DNA of 64,000 nt, from NCBI GenBank assembly GCA_963720545.1, contig OY970399.1:384001-448000 (forward strand). The letters run 5' to 3'. Made by a program: the position numbers and the translations under genes. The notes under the pieces are model-generated. The model ran no database searches. It had not been told where the DNA came from and worked only from the letters and a program-made list of their open reading frames with translations. This document shows positions 1 through 11,400 of the stretch, in pieces (the first letter of the stretch is position 1; each line of letters begins with the position of its first letter). The DNA comes from an uncultured Acidobacteriota bacterium (GTDB taxonomy: Bacteria; Acidobacteriota; Vicinamibacteria; Fen-336).

Positions 1-2344
1 CCTTGCGCAGGACTTCCTCGGCGCCGTCGAGGTTGCCTTCCTGGAAGCGCGCCCGGCCGACGTTCACCCAGCCGTCGGCATAGCCGGGCTCCATCTGCGT
101 CACGCGCAGGAACGCCGCCTCCGCCGCCTTCAGGTCGCCCTGCAGCAGCAGCCCGATGCCGTAGTCGTTCCAGCGCTCACGCACCGCCTTGTCCACATAG
201 GCGGCGTCGGGCGGCAGCGGTGTGCCCGCGGCGACGACCCGCAGCTGCGCTTTGGCCTCGGCCATCACCGTGATCGGAATGTCCGGGATCGCCTTGATCT
301 GGCCCGACACCTTGCTGGTGTCGGCGGTGAAGGTCCATTGGCCATCGTCGTGATCGGGCGTCACAGAGTACGGAGCCTGGCTCTTGTCCCGTTCCCCGGC
401 GAACGCCCACTGCGTGTTCCACCACGCGAACTTGCGATAGTTCACCCTGGCCCGCAGCGCGATGGGTCCGGTCGCGTCCGCGGGAATCTTCAGCCGGTAG
501 CGGATGGTGTCCGCGGCGCCGGGCGGAATGAGCCGCACGTAGGCGACCGAGCGCGTGCTCCAGGCGTTGCGCTTGTTGATCGGGTTGCCGTGCTCGTCGA
601 GCTGCAGGCTGCGGTAGAAGTGCGCGCCCTTTTCCACCGGCCCCTTGCCGCCGTCCTCGACCGCGCCGCTATGGAAGATCTGGCGGCCGGCGCCGTCCGT
701 CGCCTCGAGCTCCACCCACACGTCGAAGGCGTCGACCGTGCCGCCCGGGAAGAAGTGCCCCACCTTGCGGGTGCGCACCACCACGTCGACGCGCACGTCC
801 TCGCCGGCGCGGACGCTCGGCTGCGCCTTGTCGATCGGCGCGATCACGGCGACCGGCGTCGTCAGCACCGCGCTCGACGCGCCGAACGCCGACGACTCCT
901 CGCCCACCGCGAAGGTGCTGGCCAGCCGCCCGCCGTCGCCGGGCGCGCCCTGGGCCGCCGCGGCCTGCACTTCGCCGCCACGCGCCAGGCCGAAGATGTC
1001 GACGCTGATGGCGCCGTCGCGCAGGAAGTCCTGCGTGATCTTCAGCTGGTCGTGGTCCTTGTTGACGTACGGAATCGCGGTGTTGGCGCCGGGGAAGCGG
1101 TGCGAGTGCACCTTGCCGTCGCGCGAGCCCGGATCGCGCGAGGCGACCAGCGGCATGTGGCAGTCGGCGCATTTCTGCGACTTCGGCGGATAGTAGAAGG
1201 AGCGCGCACCCTGCCCGGAGATTCCCGACGCCTGCCAGTTGTCGTACTCGTTGAAGCCGCGGATCCAGCGGTAGCCGTTCACCGGCACGTCGAGGTGCAC
1301 CTTGTGGCACGACGAGCAGAAGTCGGCGGTCTGCTCGGTGTGGAACGGTTTCATGAAGGTACGGCGGTGCGGCTCGGGGTCGAGCTTCAGCAGGTAGTCG
1401 TGCGACCAGGCCAGCAGCTTGTTGTCGCTCACCGCGAGGTCGTGGAGCGGCGGATACTCGATGGTGAAGTCGCCCTGCCCCATGGTGCTGCCGACGTGGG
1501 TGATCGAGTGGCACGAGGTGCAGCCGAGGCCGTTCTGCGCTTCGGGCGTGTCGATCTGCTCCTTGATGGGCCGGTCGAAGCGCCCGTTGAAGAACACCGC
1601 GTGATCGTGGCAGCCGGCGCACCACTTCGACGGCTTGGTGCCGACGACGTCCTGCATGTACTCGATCGACTTGCGGTACCACTGGTTGTTGAAGGAGGAG
1701 AAGTGATGCACCGACGCCTGCCATTGGGCGTAGATGTCCTTGTGGCAGGCACCGCAGCGGGCGCTGGTCATGAAGAAGGTCGCCGGGATGATGCCGCCCA
1801 CGTTCGTCTGCGACGACGACGGGAAGAACGGCGTCGTCGGACCACCGCCCTCGCCCTCCATCGTCACCGGCGTCAGCTCGGGGTTGACGATGCGATGGGC
1901 GCCGCGAAACGCCTGCCGGTCGTAGACGCGCCCGCCGGCCCCCAGCGCAACCGCGGCCAGCGCAGCCACGCCGAACCAGCGCGGGACCGAAGCACCGTGC
2001 GCAGCCAGCCAGCGTGCGCCCACGACCACGGCGGCGGCGGCGCCGCTCAGCACGTGCACCTGCAACAGCCAGTAGAAGGGCCGCGCCGCGCCGAGGAACA
2101 GGATGGCGATTCCTGAGACAGCGGCTACGCTGAGGAGCGCAGCGATGACGCCGTCGGCGGCACCCGATGGGCGCAGCAACGCCTTGCGGATAGCGAGCAG
2201 CGCACCGGCCGCGAGCAGGACGCCCAGGGCCACATGGATGCCAAGCGTTGCGAAGTAAACGAGCGACGCGTCGGCCCGTGCGTAGAGCCATGCTGCGGTC
2301 AGGAGTAGCACGAGAAGGCCGCGTGCCAGGGTGCGCGAGTGCAT
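1..2344 (-). CDS. Membrane-anchored multiheme c-type cytochrome with C-terminal TPR domain (3' end truncated by window edge; absent from ORF track)
   Basis: Manual translation from ATG 2344 gives N-terminal hydrophobic helices, five CxxCH motifs (CGACH ~1745, CAGCH ~1615, CTSCH ~1515, CSSCH ~1310, CADCH ~1165) and TPR-like ERWNDYGIGLLLQGDLKAAEAAF near 178 in the same frame. Confidence 0.85.
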   Translation of the reverse strand, partial: MHSRTLARGLLVLLLTAAWLYARADASLVYFATLGIHVALGVLLAAGALLAIRKALLRPSGAADGVIAALLSVAAVSGIAILFLGAARPFYWLLQVHVLSGAAAAVVVGARWLAAHGASVPRWFGVAALAAVALGAGGRVYDRQAFRGAHRIVNPELTPVTMEGEGGGPTTPFFPSSSQTNVGGIIPATFFMTSARCGACHKDIYAQWQASVHHFSSFNNQWYRKSIEYMQDVVGTKPSKWCAGCHDHAVFFNGRFDRPIKEQIDTPEAQNGLGCTSCHSITHVGSTMGQGDFTIEYPPLHDLAVSDNKLLAWSHDYLLKLDPEPHRRTFMKPFHTEQTADFCSSCHKVHLDVPVNGYRWIRGFNEYDNWQASGISGQGARSFYYPPKSQKCADCHMPLVASRDPGSRDGKVHSHRFPGANTAIPYVNKDHDQLKITQDFLRDGAISVDIFGLARGGEVQAAAAQGAPGDGGRLASTFAVGEESSAFGASSAVLTTPVAVIAPIDKAQPSVRAGEDVRVDVVVRTRKVGHFFPGGTVDAFDVWVELEATDGAGRQIFHSGAVEDGGKGPVEKGAHFYRSLQLDEHGNPINKRNAWSTRSVAYVRLIPPGAADTIRYRLKIPADATGPIALRARVNYRKFAWWNTQWAFAGERDKSQAPYSVTPDHDDGQWTFTADTSKVSGQIKAIPDIPITVMAEAKAQLRVVAAGTPLPPDAAYVDKAVRERWNDYGIGLLLQGDLKAAEAAFLRVTQMEPGYADGWVNVGRARFQEGNLDGAEEVLRK

Positions 2345-2392
2345 TGGCTCGGATCTTAGTAGAACGATTCAGCCTAGACTAACGCCGCAACC

Positions 2393-3898
2393 ATGCCATC
2401 GCCGATCGCTGCCGCGCGGCTCGCGCCACTGCGCGCCTATATAAAGGATGGCTGGACGACACTGACCCGCTCGCTTCCCGACCTGCCGCGGGCCGCCGAC
2501 GATCCCAAGCTGAAGCTGCCGCTCGGAGCGCCCCGGCCCGTGTACGTGTCCGCAAAGGAATCGCTGCCGCGGGTCGAGGCCGAGCTTGCCGAGCACCTGA
2601 ACGAGGCGCAGCGCGCCGGGCTGCAGCTGCGCACCCTGCCGGAGGACACCGCCGCCATCGAAAACCATGGCCTCCTCTACCTGCCGCATCCGTATGTCGT
2701 CCCCGGTGGACGTTTCAACGAGATGTACGGCTGGGACAGCTACTTCATCGCCGTCGGCCTGCTGCACGACGAGGAAACCAACAAGGCCAGGGACATCGTC
2801 GACAACTTTCTCTACGAGATCGAGCACTACGGCACGCTGCTGAACGCGAACCGCACCTACTACCTCACGCGTTCGCACCCGCCGTTCCTGGCGCGCATGG
2901 TGCGCGACGTGTACGCGCGCAGCGGCGACCGCGAGTGGCTGGCCACGGCGATGCGCGGCATCGCGGCCCACCACCGCTTCTGGACCAGTGGGCCGCACCT
3001 CGACCCGGTGACGCGCCTGTCGCGCTACTGGGACTTCGACGACCGACCGGGCGCCGAGGTGCTGGGCGACGAGAACGACGCGCAGGGCCACAGCCACTAC
3101 GACCGCATGCGCGACCTGCTGCGCACCGGCAACATCGACGACTATGACGTGTCGGCCTTCTACGATCGCGACCGCAACGAGCTGACGCCGCTCTTCTACC
3201 GCGGCGACCGCAGCATGCGCGAGTCGGGCTTCGACCCGTCGCGGCGCTTCGGCCCAGGCAGCGTGGACATCGTGCACTACGCGCCCGTGTGCCTGAACTC
3301 GCTGCTGCACATGATGGAGACGGACGCGGCCGCGATCGAACACGCGCTTGGCAACGATGATGCCGCGAAAGGCTGGCTGGCGCTCGCCGCCGCCCGCGGC
3401 CAGGCCATCGAGGACCGGCTGTGGGACGAGGATGCGGGCCTCTACTTCGACTACAACGTAGTCACCGGCGAGCGCCGATTGTACGAGTTCGCCACCACCT
3501 TCTACCCGCTCTGGGTGGGCGCCGCATCCGCCGCGCAAGCGGCCCGCGTCGCCGGCAACCTGTGGCGCTTCGAGGCCCCCGGTGGCCTCCTCACGAGCCC
3601 CTACCGCACCGGCAACCAGTGGGACAGCCCGTTCGGCTGGGCCCCGCTACAGATGATCGCCGTCGCCGGCCTGCGCCGCTACGGCTACAACGAAGCAGCC
3701 GACCGCCTCGCCCGCGCCTTCGTCACGCTGGTGCTCGATGAGTTCGAGCGCACCGGCACCATCGTCGAGAAGTACGACGTCATCCGCCGCACCGCCGACA
3801 CCGAGAACGAGATCCGCTTCGGGTACAGCGAGAACGTCATCGGCTTCGGCTGGACCAACGCGGCGGTCCTCGACCTACTGGCAGGCCTCACCCAATAA
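2393..3898 (+). CDS. Trehalase, GH37
   Basis: PGGRFNEMYGWDSYF, YYLTRSHPP, RESGFD, QWDSPFGWAPLQ, EKYDV and GFGWTN motifs; no obvious signal peptide. Confidence 0.95.
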   Translation: MPSPIAAARLAPLRAYIKDGWTTLTRSLPDLPRAADDPKLKLPLGAPRPVYVSAKESLPRVEAELAEHLNEAQRAGLQLRTLPEDTAAIENHGLLYLPHPYVVPGGRFNEMYGWDSYFIAVGLLHDEETNKARDIVDNFLYEIEHYGTLLNANRTYYLTRSHPPFLARMVRDVYARSGDREWLATAMRGIAAHHRFWTSGPHLDPVTRLSRYWDFDDRPGAEVLGDENDAQGHSHYDRMRDLLRTGNIDDYDVSAFYDRDRNELTPLFYRGDRSMRESGFDPSRRFGPGSVDIVHYAPVCLNSLLHMMETDAAAIEHALGNDDAAKGWLALAAARGQAIEDRLWDEDAGLYFDYNVVTGERRLYEFATTFYPLWVGAASAAQAARVAGNLWRFEAPGGLLTSPYRTGNQWDSPFGWAPLQMIAVAGLRRYGYNEAADRLARAFVTLVLDEFERTGTIVEKYDVIRRTADTENEIRFGYSENVIGFGWTNAAVLDLLAGLTQ

Positions 3899-3948
3899 AA
3901 AAGGCGGCGCCGGTGGCGCCGCCTTTCAGGAAGGCCGCTTTACGGCCT
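3897..3948. terminator. Likely bidirectional intrinsic terminator between convergent genes
   Basis: AAAGGCGGCGCC-GGT-GGCGCCGCCTTT perfect 12-bp stem (3900-3926) with an A-tract on the left; second small hairpin AGGCCG/CGGCCT at 3932-3948. Confidence 0.8.
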
Positions 3949-3960
3949 GCCGAGGAGCCG

Positions 3961-6900
3961 CTAGAACTCGAGGCGCAGCGCGAACTGCAGCGCGCGCGGC
4001 AGCCAGTTGGGCGCCGTGCTGGTGATGAAGCCGGCGTTCGAGTGGCACGTTCCCGGGGATGCCGATAGTTGGAGTTCGGGGTTCGCCAGGTTGACGTGGT
4101 TGAACACGTTCTGCGCCTCGACACGGAACTCCAGGTTGCGGCGGTCGCCCACAGAGAAGCGCTTGAAGAGCGACGCGTCCACGTTCCACGAGCCCGGGGC
4201 CCGCGGAACTCGTTGCGCGGCAGGTCACCGAAAGTACCTGCCGCCGGCCGGCCAAAGGCGCTGCCCGAAGCTGCCGATCGGCGTCACGTTGAAGTAGGGG
4301 CGAGGTGATGCCGTCGCCGCTGCCGATTCTGACGTCGCCGATCAGGTTCGGACGGTTGGTTTGCGCCGGTGTCACGGTCGGCGCCGGCTCCAGCGTAGTC
4401 GATGTTGAAAGGCAGCCCGCTCTGGACGGTGGCATTCGCGTTCACCTGCCAGCCGCCCAGGAGCGCCTGCTTCAGGCCCGAGGCGTCGGTCATGAACTTG
4501 CGACCCTTGCCGAACGGCAGCTCGGCGAGGCCGGACAGCACGAACACGTGCGTGCGGATGAAGTCGGCCGGGCCGTAGTTGAGGCTCGGGGTCGATGAAG
4601 AAGTAGTCGGGCGAGTTGTTCTTGTGCTTCTGGTAGGTGTAGTGCGCGAGCAGCTGGTAGCCGTTCGAGAAGCGCTTGGTGAGCTTGCTCTGGAACGAGT
4701 TGTAGCGGCTCTTGCCGGTGTTCGAGAAGTAGTCGATGCCCTGCGTCCATCCGTAGGCGCCCGACAGGCCGTCGATCGTTTGCACGTTGCCGTTGAAGAA
4801 CGGTCGGCGCTCATCGGTCGAGAGCGTGCCGAAGCCGACGATCGTCGGTCTGGTTGGTGTTGGTCGCCGGGTTGTCGCCGAAGAAGCCGTTGCCGCGGTT
4901 GCCGACGTAGGCGACTTCGAGCGAGACCGAGTCGGACAGCTGGCGCTGCACCGTCAGGTTGTAGGCGTCCACGTGCGACAGGTTCTGGGTCGACGGCAGC
5001 AAGCGCGCCGAGACGCCGGTCGGTAGCGGGAACGTGCCATCGGCGCCCACGGCGGGCGACGGCGGCGCAGCCGGTCCCTGATTCAGAGTTGAACACGCTT
5101 GTCGAAGTTATTCGCCGGAGTGTTGTTCCTGCAAAGCGAGCACCGGCAGGTTCTGCGTGACCGCGTGGCCGAAGGTCGAGCCGAACACGCCGATGTCGTA
5201 GCTGCGGCCGTAGCCCAGGCGGACGACCGTTTTCTCGTCCAGCTGGTAGGTGATGCCCAGCCGCGGCGCCCAGTTGATCTTGTTCTTGACGTTGCCGGCG
5301 AGGTTCACGTCGCCGACGCCGCCCACCAGGATGCGGCCGGTGGCGATGTCGAGCCAGCCGCCGTTTCCTGCCTCGTTGACCGTCTGCGGGTTGATGATGT
5401 CGGTCCGCAGGCCGTAGGCGACGGTCAGCTTCGGCGTGGCGCGCCAGGTGTCCTGCGCGTAGAAGAACTCGCGCCACTGCCGCTCGCGGGCCTTGGTGCT
5501 GCTGCTGACGTAGCGGCTGAACTTGGTCACGTCGCCGAGCATGAAGCTGGCGATGCCGATGCCGCCGCCGTCGGGGCCGCGGGTGCGGTCAGCCTCGAAG
5601 TACAGCTGGCCGGAACGGTGGGCGTCCGAGGGCACGCGCAGGTTGTAGGGCGCGGCGGATGTCGAAGCCGAACTTGGCGGTGTGGTTGCCGAAGATCTTG
5701 GTGAGGTTGGAGACGAACTGGAACTGCTTCTCGTGCTCGGCGAGCGGACAGTTGCAGCGGCCGGCGTCGAGGCCCGAGCCGAAGCGGATCTGGTTGGTGC
5801 CGCCATTGAACTCGAAGAACGGCAGGCCCGACGCGAAGGTGTCGTCGAGGTTGAGGCCAGGGATGCCGGCGTCGGCCGCGGGCGTCGTGCCGAAGTCGTT
5901 CGGCAGCACGTCGACACCGTACTTGTAGAAGCCGAGACGGACGTCCATGACCGTCGTCGAGTTGAAGGTGTAGTCGGCGCCGATGCGCGACGACTGTGGT
6001 TGCGCACCTTCGACTGGCCGCCGAGGCTGACGAGCTCGGAGCCGCCGCCGGCGCCGAACGCCTGCGGGCCGGTGAGGTCGTAGCGCTGGTAGCTGTAGCG
6101 CGCGAACAGGTTGAGGTTCTCGCTCAGTCGGCCGTCAAGCCGGAGGTTGGCCGCGTCGTTGTCGAACGCTTCGCTGCCCTGGGCGATGTAGTTGTCGCGG
6201 ATGCCGGGTGCGTTCGGCAGCGGCAGCAGGTTGAGGATGGCGAGCGCCTGCGGCGAGAGGCGGTTCGTCGGGATGACGTTGCCGGCGAACTGCTGGCGGT
6301 TGTTGGGATCGCCGCCGGCCGGGTCGTAGATGTTGACGCCGTATTCGCTGAAGTTGCCCTGGCGTGCGAGCGCCGTGGGAACGGTCAGGCGCTTGGCGCC
6401 GCCGATCGAGCTGCGCGTGCCCTGAGTAGTCGCCGAAGAAGAAGAACTTGTCGCGTTTGCAGCGGGCCGCCGAGCGACAGCGCCGAACTGGTCCTTCTTG
6501 GTCTCGGGCAGGACGCGGCCGGTCAGCGGGTTCTCGACGTCCGGCTGGCTGAACGGGTTACGGGCCTGGAACTTGTCGGTGCGGTGGAACTCGAAGGCGC
6601 TGCCGTACAGCTCGTTGCGGCCCGACTTCGTCTGCACGGCGACGACGCCGGCGATCGCCTGGCCGAACTCGGCCTCGTAGTTCTGCGAGGTGACCTTCGA
6701 CTCGCCGATCGACTCGAGCGTCGGGTTGATGACGATGATGCCGAGGATCGGGTCGCGGTTGTCGGTGCCGTCCAACTGGTAGCCGGTGCCGCTGAAGGTC
6801 TGGCCATTCACGACGGTCTGCGCCGAGCCCTGCGGGTTCTCGCTCGCGGCGTGGCCCCACGACTGCTGCTGGGTGCCCGGCGTGAGCAGCAGGAACTTGG

Positions 6901-7385
6901 TGAAGTTGCGGTCGAGGATGGGCAGCTCGGTGACCTGGCGCTGGTCGAAGGTGGTGGCGACGTCGGCGCGGTCGGTCTTCAGCAGCTGGCCTTCTCCGCC
7001 GACGACCGTGATGGTGTCGGTGGCGCCGGGCGCGAGCTTGAGGTCTACCTTCGTCTGCGTGTCGACGCTGACGCGGATGCCCTTGGCGAGCGCGGCGTTG
7101 AAGCCGGAAAGCTCGGCCTTCACTTCGTAGGTTCCCGGGAGGAGACGATCCTTGGTGTAGTTCCCCGATCCGTTCGTGACCACCGTGTCTGAAGTGTTGC
7201 GCTCGACGCTCGTCACCGTGACGTTCACGCCGGGCATCACCGCGCCGGTGCTGTCGACGACGTTGCCGGCGACGCTGCCGTAGACAGCCTGCGCGCGGGC
7301 AGATCGCGCCGGACATCAGCAGCAGCGACACGGCCCACGCTGCAACCACCCCGAGCCGGGCAGTGCGGGCAATCGAAACACTCAT
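3961..7385 (-). pseudogene. TonB-dependent receptor with N-terminal carboxypeptidase-regulatory-like domain, broken by many frameshifts (pseudogene or sequencing indels)
   Basis: Fragments in several frames: signal peptide from 7385, ELPILDRNFTKFLLLTPG, YQLDGTDN, YAQDTWRATPKLTVAYGLR, WAPRLGITYQ, EFRVEAQNVFNHVN and C-terminal PRALQFALRLEF. Roughly ten or more frame switches. Confidence 0.85.
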
Positions 7386-7392
7386 GGGTAAC

Positions 7393-7483
7393 CTCTAACG
7401 TTTGAGTTAAGGCGTAACCGCTGTAAAAAACTGTTTCCTGTCCGAATTATTGGTCAATTGCTCGATCCTTGCAAGCGGTTTTG
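7393..7483. promoter_or_regulatory. AT-rich divergent promoter region with LacI-family-like operator sites
   Basis: CG-centred near-palindromes CTCTAACGTTTGAG (7393-7406), CGTAACCGCTGTAA (7413-7426) and TGCAAGCGGTTTTG (7470-7483) between the TBDR and hydrolase starts. Confidence 0.4.
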
Positions 7484-7531
7484 TCACTTTCCTGTGAAAA
7501 GTGCGAGGCTTGGCCCCGGAGGCACAAAAGT

Positions 7532-10139
7532 TAATGACACCAGTGGGATGGGCCCTGGCGGCCATGCTGTCGGGTACCCCCGGCGATCTCGTCCGCACGG
7601 GGGACGTCCGGCAGGCGTCCTTTTTCGACGTCGTGGGCCGGCGCTCGGCGGCTGTGGGATACGAGGGACGTGGCTTCGAGGTCTGGGTGCCTCCCCTGCA
7701 GGTGGCAAGCGACGTGCGGCTGAGCTTCAAGCTGCGCGGCTACCCGCTCGACATCGACGGCGCCACCGCGGCCACCGGCGTCACGGTCCGCCCCGAATCG
7801 ACCACCTTTACGTATACCCACGCCGCGTTCACGGTGCGCCAGACCCTCTGGGCGCCCATCGACGAACCGGCGGTGGTGATGCGTCTCGAGGTGGAGAGCG
7901 TCCTGCCGCTGACCATCTACGGCTCGTTCCGGCCGCGCCTCAAGCTCATGTGGCCCGCGGGCCTGATGACGAACAACGTCGAGTGGAAGGACGACGCGCA
8001 CGTCTACGTGCTGAGCGAAGAGGCGAAGCAGTACGCCGCCGTCCTCGGCGGCCCGCTCGTCCGGGACCTCTCGGTGATGCCCTACCAGGAGGAGCCGCGC
8101 GACGTGCCGGTGCGCTTCGAGATCGAGCCGCCCGAGGGCGCAACCTCCTACTCCACCTGGGTGCTGTTCAGCGCCGCGGTGGGCACAGCCAAGGAAGCGC
8201 AGGCGGCCCACAACCGCATCGCCGCTGCGCTCCCCGAGTCTTACAAGAAGACCGTCGAGCACTTCCAGGCGCTCACCGGCGGGCGCGTCTGCGGTCGAAA
8301 CGCCCGATGCGCGCATCGACGAGGCGTTCGCGTGGGCCAAGGTCGGCCTCGACAAGGGCATCATGACGAACCCGACGCTCGGAACTGGTCTCGTCGCCGG
8401 GTTCCGAACCGCGGGCGACAGCGAGCGGCCGGGCTTCGCGTGGTTCTTCGGACGCGATGCGCTGTGGAGCAGCTTCGCGCTGTCTTCGACCGGCGACTTC
8501 GCGAACGTCCGCACGGCGCTCGACTTTCTCGCGAAGTACCAGAGGAAGGACGGCAAGATCCCGCACGAGATTTCGCAGTCGGCGGCGCTCATTCCCTGGT
8601 TCAGCGGCTATAAGTACCCGTGGAACGCCACCGATGCGACGCCGCTCTTCGTGATCGCACACGCCGACCTCTATCGCGCCACCGGCGACGCGGCCTACCT
8701 GAAGGAATCGTGGGACGGGATCGCGCGGGCCTGGCGCTACGCGGCCGCGAGCGACCTCGACCACAACGGCCTCATCGACAACTCGAAATCGGGCCACGGC
8801 TGGGTCGAGGGCGGTGCTCTCTATCCGCCGCACGAAGAGTTCTACCTGCAAGGCCTCTGGATCGAGGCGTGCAGCGCGATGGCAGAGCTGGCCGCTGTAG
8901 CGGGCGACGCGCCGGCCGCGAAGCTCGCGAAGGACGCCGGCGCGCGTGCCGCGGCGGCGGCCGAAAAAATTTACTGGCTGCCCGAGCGCGGCTTCTACGC
9001 GTTTGCCACCATGCAGCCGCCCGAGGAGCCGCGCAAGGCCGACCCCGGGCCGAACCGGGAACGCATCGCGAAGCGCATGGCGCAGCTCGACAAGGCGGCG
9101 ATCGTCGATGAAGACACCGTGCTGCCGGCGGTGCCGCTGTGGTTCGGACGTGCGCAGGACGAACGCGCGCAGTCGCAGGTCGACCACCTCGGCGCCGCGG
9201 CAATGGCCGCCGACTGGGGCCAGCGCATCATCGCGAACGACAGCGAACTCTATGACCCGATTTCATACCATTACGGCTCGGTGTGGCCGCTCTTCACCGG
9301 CTGGACTGCGATGGGCGCCTACCGCTACGGCCGCCCGCACGTTGCCTTCCAGTCGTTGATGGCGAACGTGCTGCTCGACGCGCCTGGCGCGCGCGGCTCG
9401 GTGACCGAACTGCTCTCGGGCGACTTCATGTATCCCTTCGGCCGCTCGTCGCCGCACCAGGTCTGGTCGGAGGCCATGGTGCTGACGCCGATCGTGCGCG
9501 GCTTGTTCGGCCTCGAGCTTTCGCAAGGCGGCAAGGCGCTGCGCATCGCGCCGCAGTTGCCGGCAACGTGGGAGCACGCGGCGGTACGCCGGATTCCGGC
9601 GGCGGGCGGCGCCGTCGACCTGGTGTTCGAGCGCGCGCCCGGCAGGTTCACGGTCGCTGCGTCACGCTCGGGCGCCGCTCCGTTACGCCTGCTCCTCTCC
9701 CCCGCCTTCCCGCAGGATGCGCGGGTCGCGCGCGTCACGGCCGCCGGCAAGGAGCTGCCGTTCACGCTCGAGCGTCGCGGCGACCGCCAGTTCGTGAAAG
9801 CCGAAGTGGACGGCCTGGACGACGCCGGCGATGGACGTCGTCTTCGAGGTGGACGGCGGCAGCGACGTCGCCACCGCGTTCGCGGACCTGCGCAGCGGCG
9901 AACGCAGCAGCGGCATTCGCATCCTGCGCTCGAGCGCGAGCCCTGATCGGCTGGCTCTGCTCGTCGAAGGACGCGCCGGCCAGACCTACGATCTCGCGCT
10001 GCGCACTGCGAAGCAGCCGGTTGCAGCCGACCGCACCGCGCTGGCGCCGGACGGGCCCGGGACCTACCGGCTGACCGTGTCGTTCACCGGCAGCGGCGCC
10101 GGGTACGTGCGCCGCGACCTCGTCATCCAGCTGCGCTGA
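7532..10139 (+). CDS. Six-hairpin glycoside hydrolase, amylo-alpha-1,6-glucosidase (glycogen debranching, GDE_C)-like; two frameshifts (~8290, ~9830)
   Basis: WFFGRDALW, GKIPHE, DATPLF, SYHYGSVWP and HQVWS motifs in ORF 8363-9946, continuous with ORFs 7501-8613 and 9831-10139 after frame correction. Confidence 0.8.
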
Positions 10140-10146
10140 CGCGCGG

Positions 10147-11397
10147 CTAGAACGGCTTCTCCGCCGCGAGGTGCTCCGCCGGCTCGGCGGCGCCGCCGCG
10201 CTGCGCCTCGGCGAGCCGCTGGTACGGCACCAGCAGCAGCGCGAGCAGCGCCATCGGCACGAGCGGGAAGTAGTACGCGTCGTGGGTGTTGAACTGGCGC
10301 GAGATGAAGCCGACGATCAGCGAGCCGGTGGTGCCGCCGAGCGCCGAGAACACGATGATGAGGCCGGCCATCGCCGCGTGCCGCGGCTTCTGCAGCCGGC
10401 TCAGGACGATCGACACGATGGTCGGGTAGATCGGCCCGATGAAGAAACCGATGCAGGAGAACACCACGGCGAGCGCCGGCACCGACACCTGGCCGGCGGC
10501 GGGTGCCGCGGCGCGGGTCGCGAGCAGTACCCCGCCGAGTAGCGCCATGCCCGAGACGAGCAGCGTGCACTGCACCGGGAGCCACGACAGGCGCCGCGCG
10601 AGATAGCCGTTCACGAAGCGGCTGAGCGCGATGGAACCGGCGTAGAGGCTGAGGAGGCCGGCGGCGGCGGCGGGCGCCAGGCCGAAGACGCGCTCGTGGA
10701 AGGTGGGCAGCCAGGTGCCGACGCTCTGCTCGATCATCACATAGAGCCAGGCGCACAGCACGAACACCCACACCATCGGCAGCGACAGCAGGCGCAGCAT
10801 CTCGACGAATCCGGCCTGCTCGGGATGCGAGCCGACCTCGCTCTCGTCGAGCTGCGTCGTCAGGAGCAGCAGGAATGCGCAGACCGCCAGGGCGGCAATG
10901 CCCCAGTAGGTCACGCGCCAGTTGGCGCCGCTCGCGAGCGCGTAGGAGAAGCACAGCGGCCCGGCGAGGGCGCCCACCTGGAAGATGCCCTCGAGGATGT
11001 TCATCAGGCTCGTGTGTTCCTTCTGCCCGTTCGTGATGAGCCCGACGGTCGCGTAGACGGCGCCCTTCATCATCGCGAAGCTCACGCCGATCGTCATGTA
11101 GAGGGCCGGCACCACCCAGAAGGCGGGCACCGTTGCGACCATGACGCTCGCGGCCGCCACCGCCAGGAGGCCGCCGAGCATCGAGCGGCGGTAGCCGAGG
11201 CGCGGCAGGTACGAGGCGAACAGGAAGGACGCGCCCGCGATCGACAGGTCCTTGAAGGCTTCGAGGCTCGAGGCCACGGCTTCGGAGACGGCGTAGTCGT
11301 CGATGACGCGCTTGATGACGATGCCGACGGTGTTGAGCAGCACCGCGAACACCACGAAGTTGAGCGCGATCGAGGCGCGCACCCGCCAGTTCGCCAA
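10147..11397 (-). CDS. MFS sugar transporter (FucP/GluP-like)
   Basis: About 12 hydrophobic segments; LEAFKDL, YVMIEQ and GPIYPTI motifs; TTG start 3 bp after the upstream stop; glycosidase context. Confidence 0.85.
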   Translation of the reverse strand: MANWRVRASIALNFVVFAVLLNTVGIVIKRVIDDYAVSEAVASSLEAFKDLSIAGASFLFASYLPRLGYRRSMLGGLLAVAAASVMVATVPAFWVVPALYMTIGVSFAMMKGAVYATVGLITNGQKEHTSLMNILEGIFQVGALAGPLCFSYALASGANWRVTYWGIAALAVCAFLLLLTTQLDESEVGSHPEQAGFVEMLRLLSLPMVWVFVLCAWLYVMIEQSVGTWLPTFHERVFGLAPAAAAGLLSLYAGSIALSRFVNGYLARRLSWLPVQCTLLVSGMALLGGVLLATRAAAPAAGQVSVPALAVVFSCIGFFIGPIYPTIVSIVLSRLQKPRHAAMAGLIIVFSALGGTTGSLIVGFISRQFNTHDAYYFPLVPMALLALLLVPYQRLAEAQRGGAAEPAEHLAAEKPF

Positions 11398-11400
11398 GAG

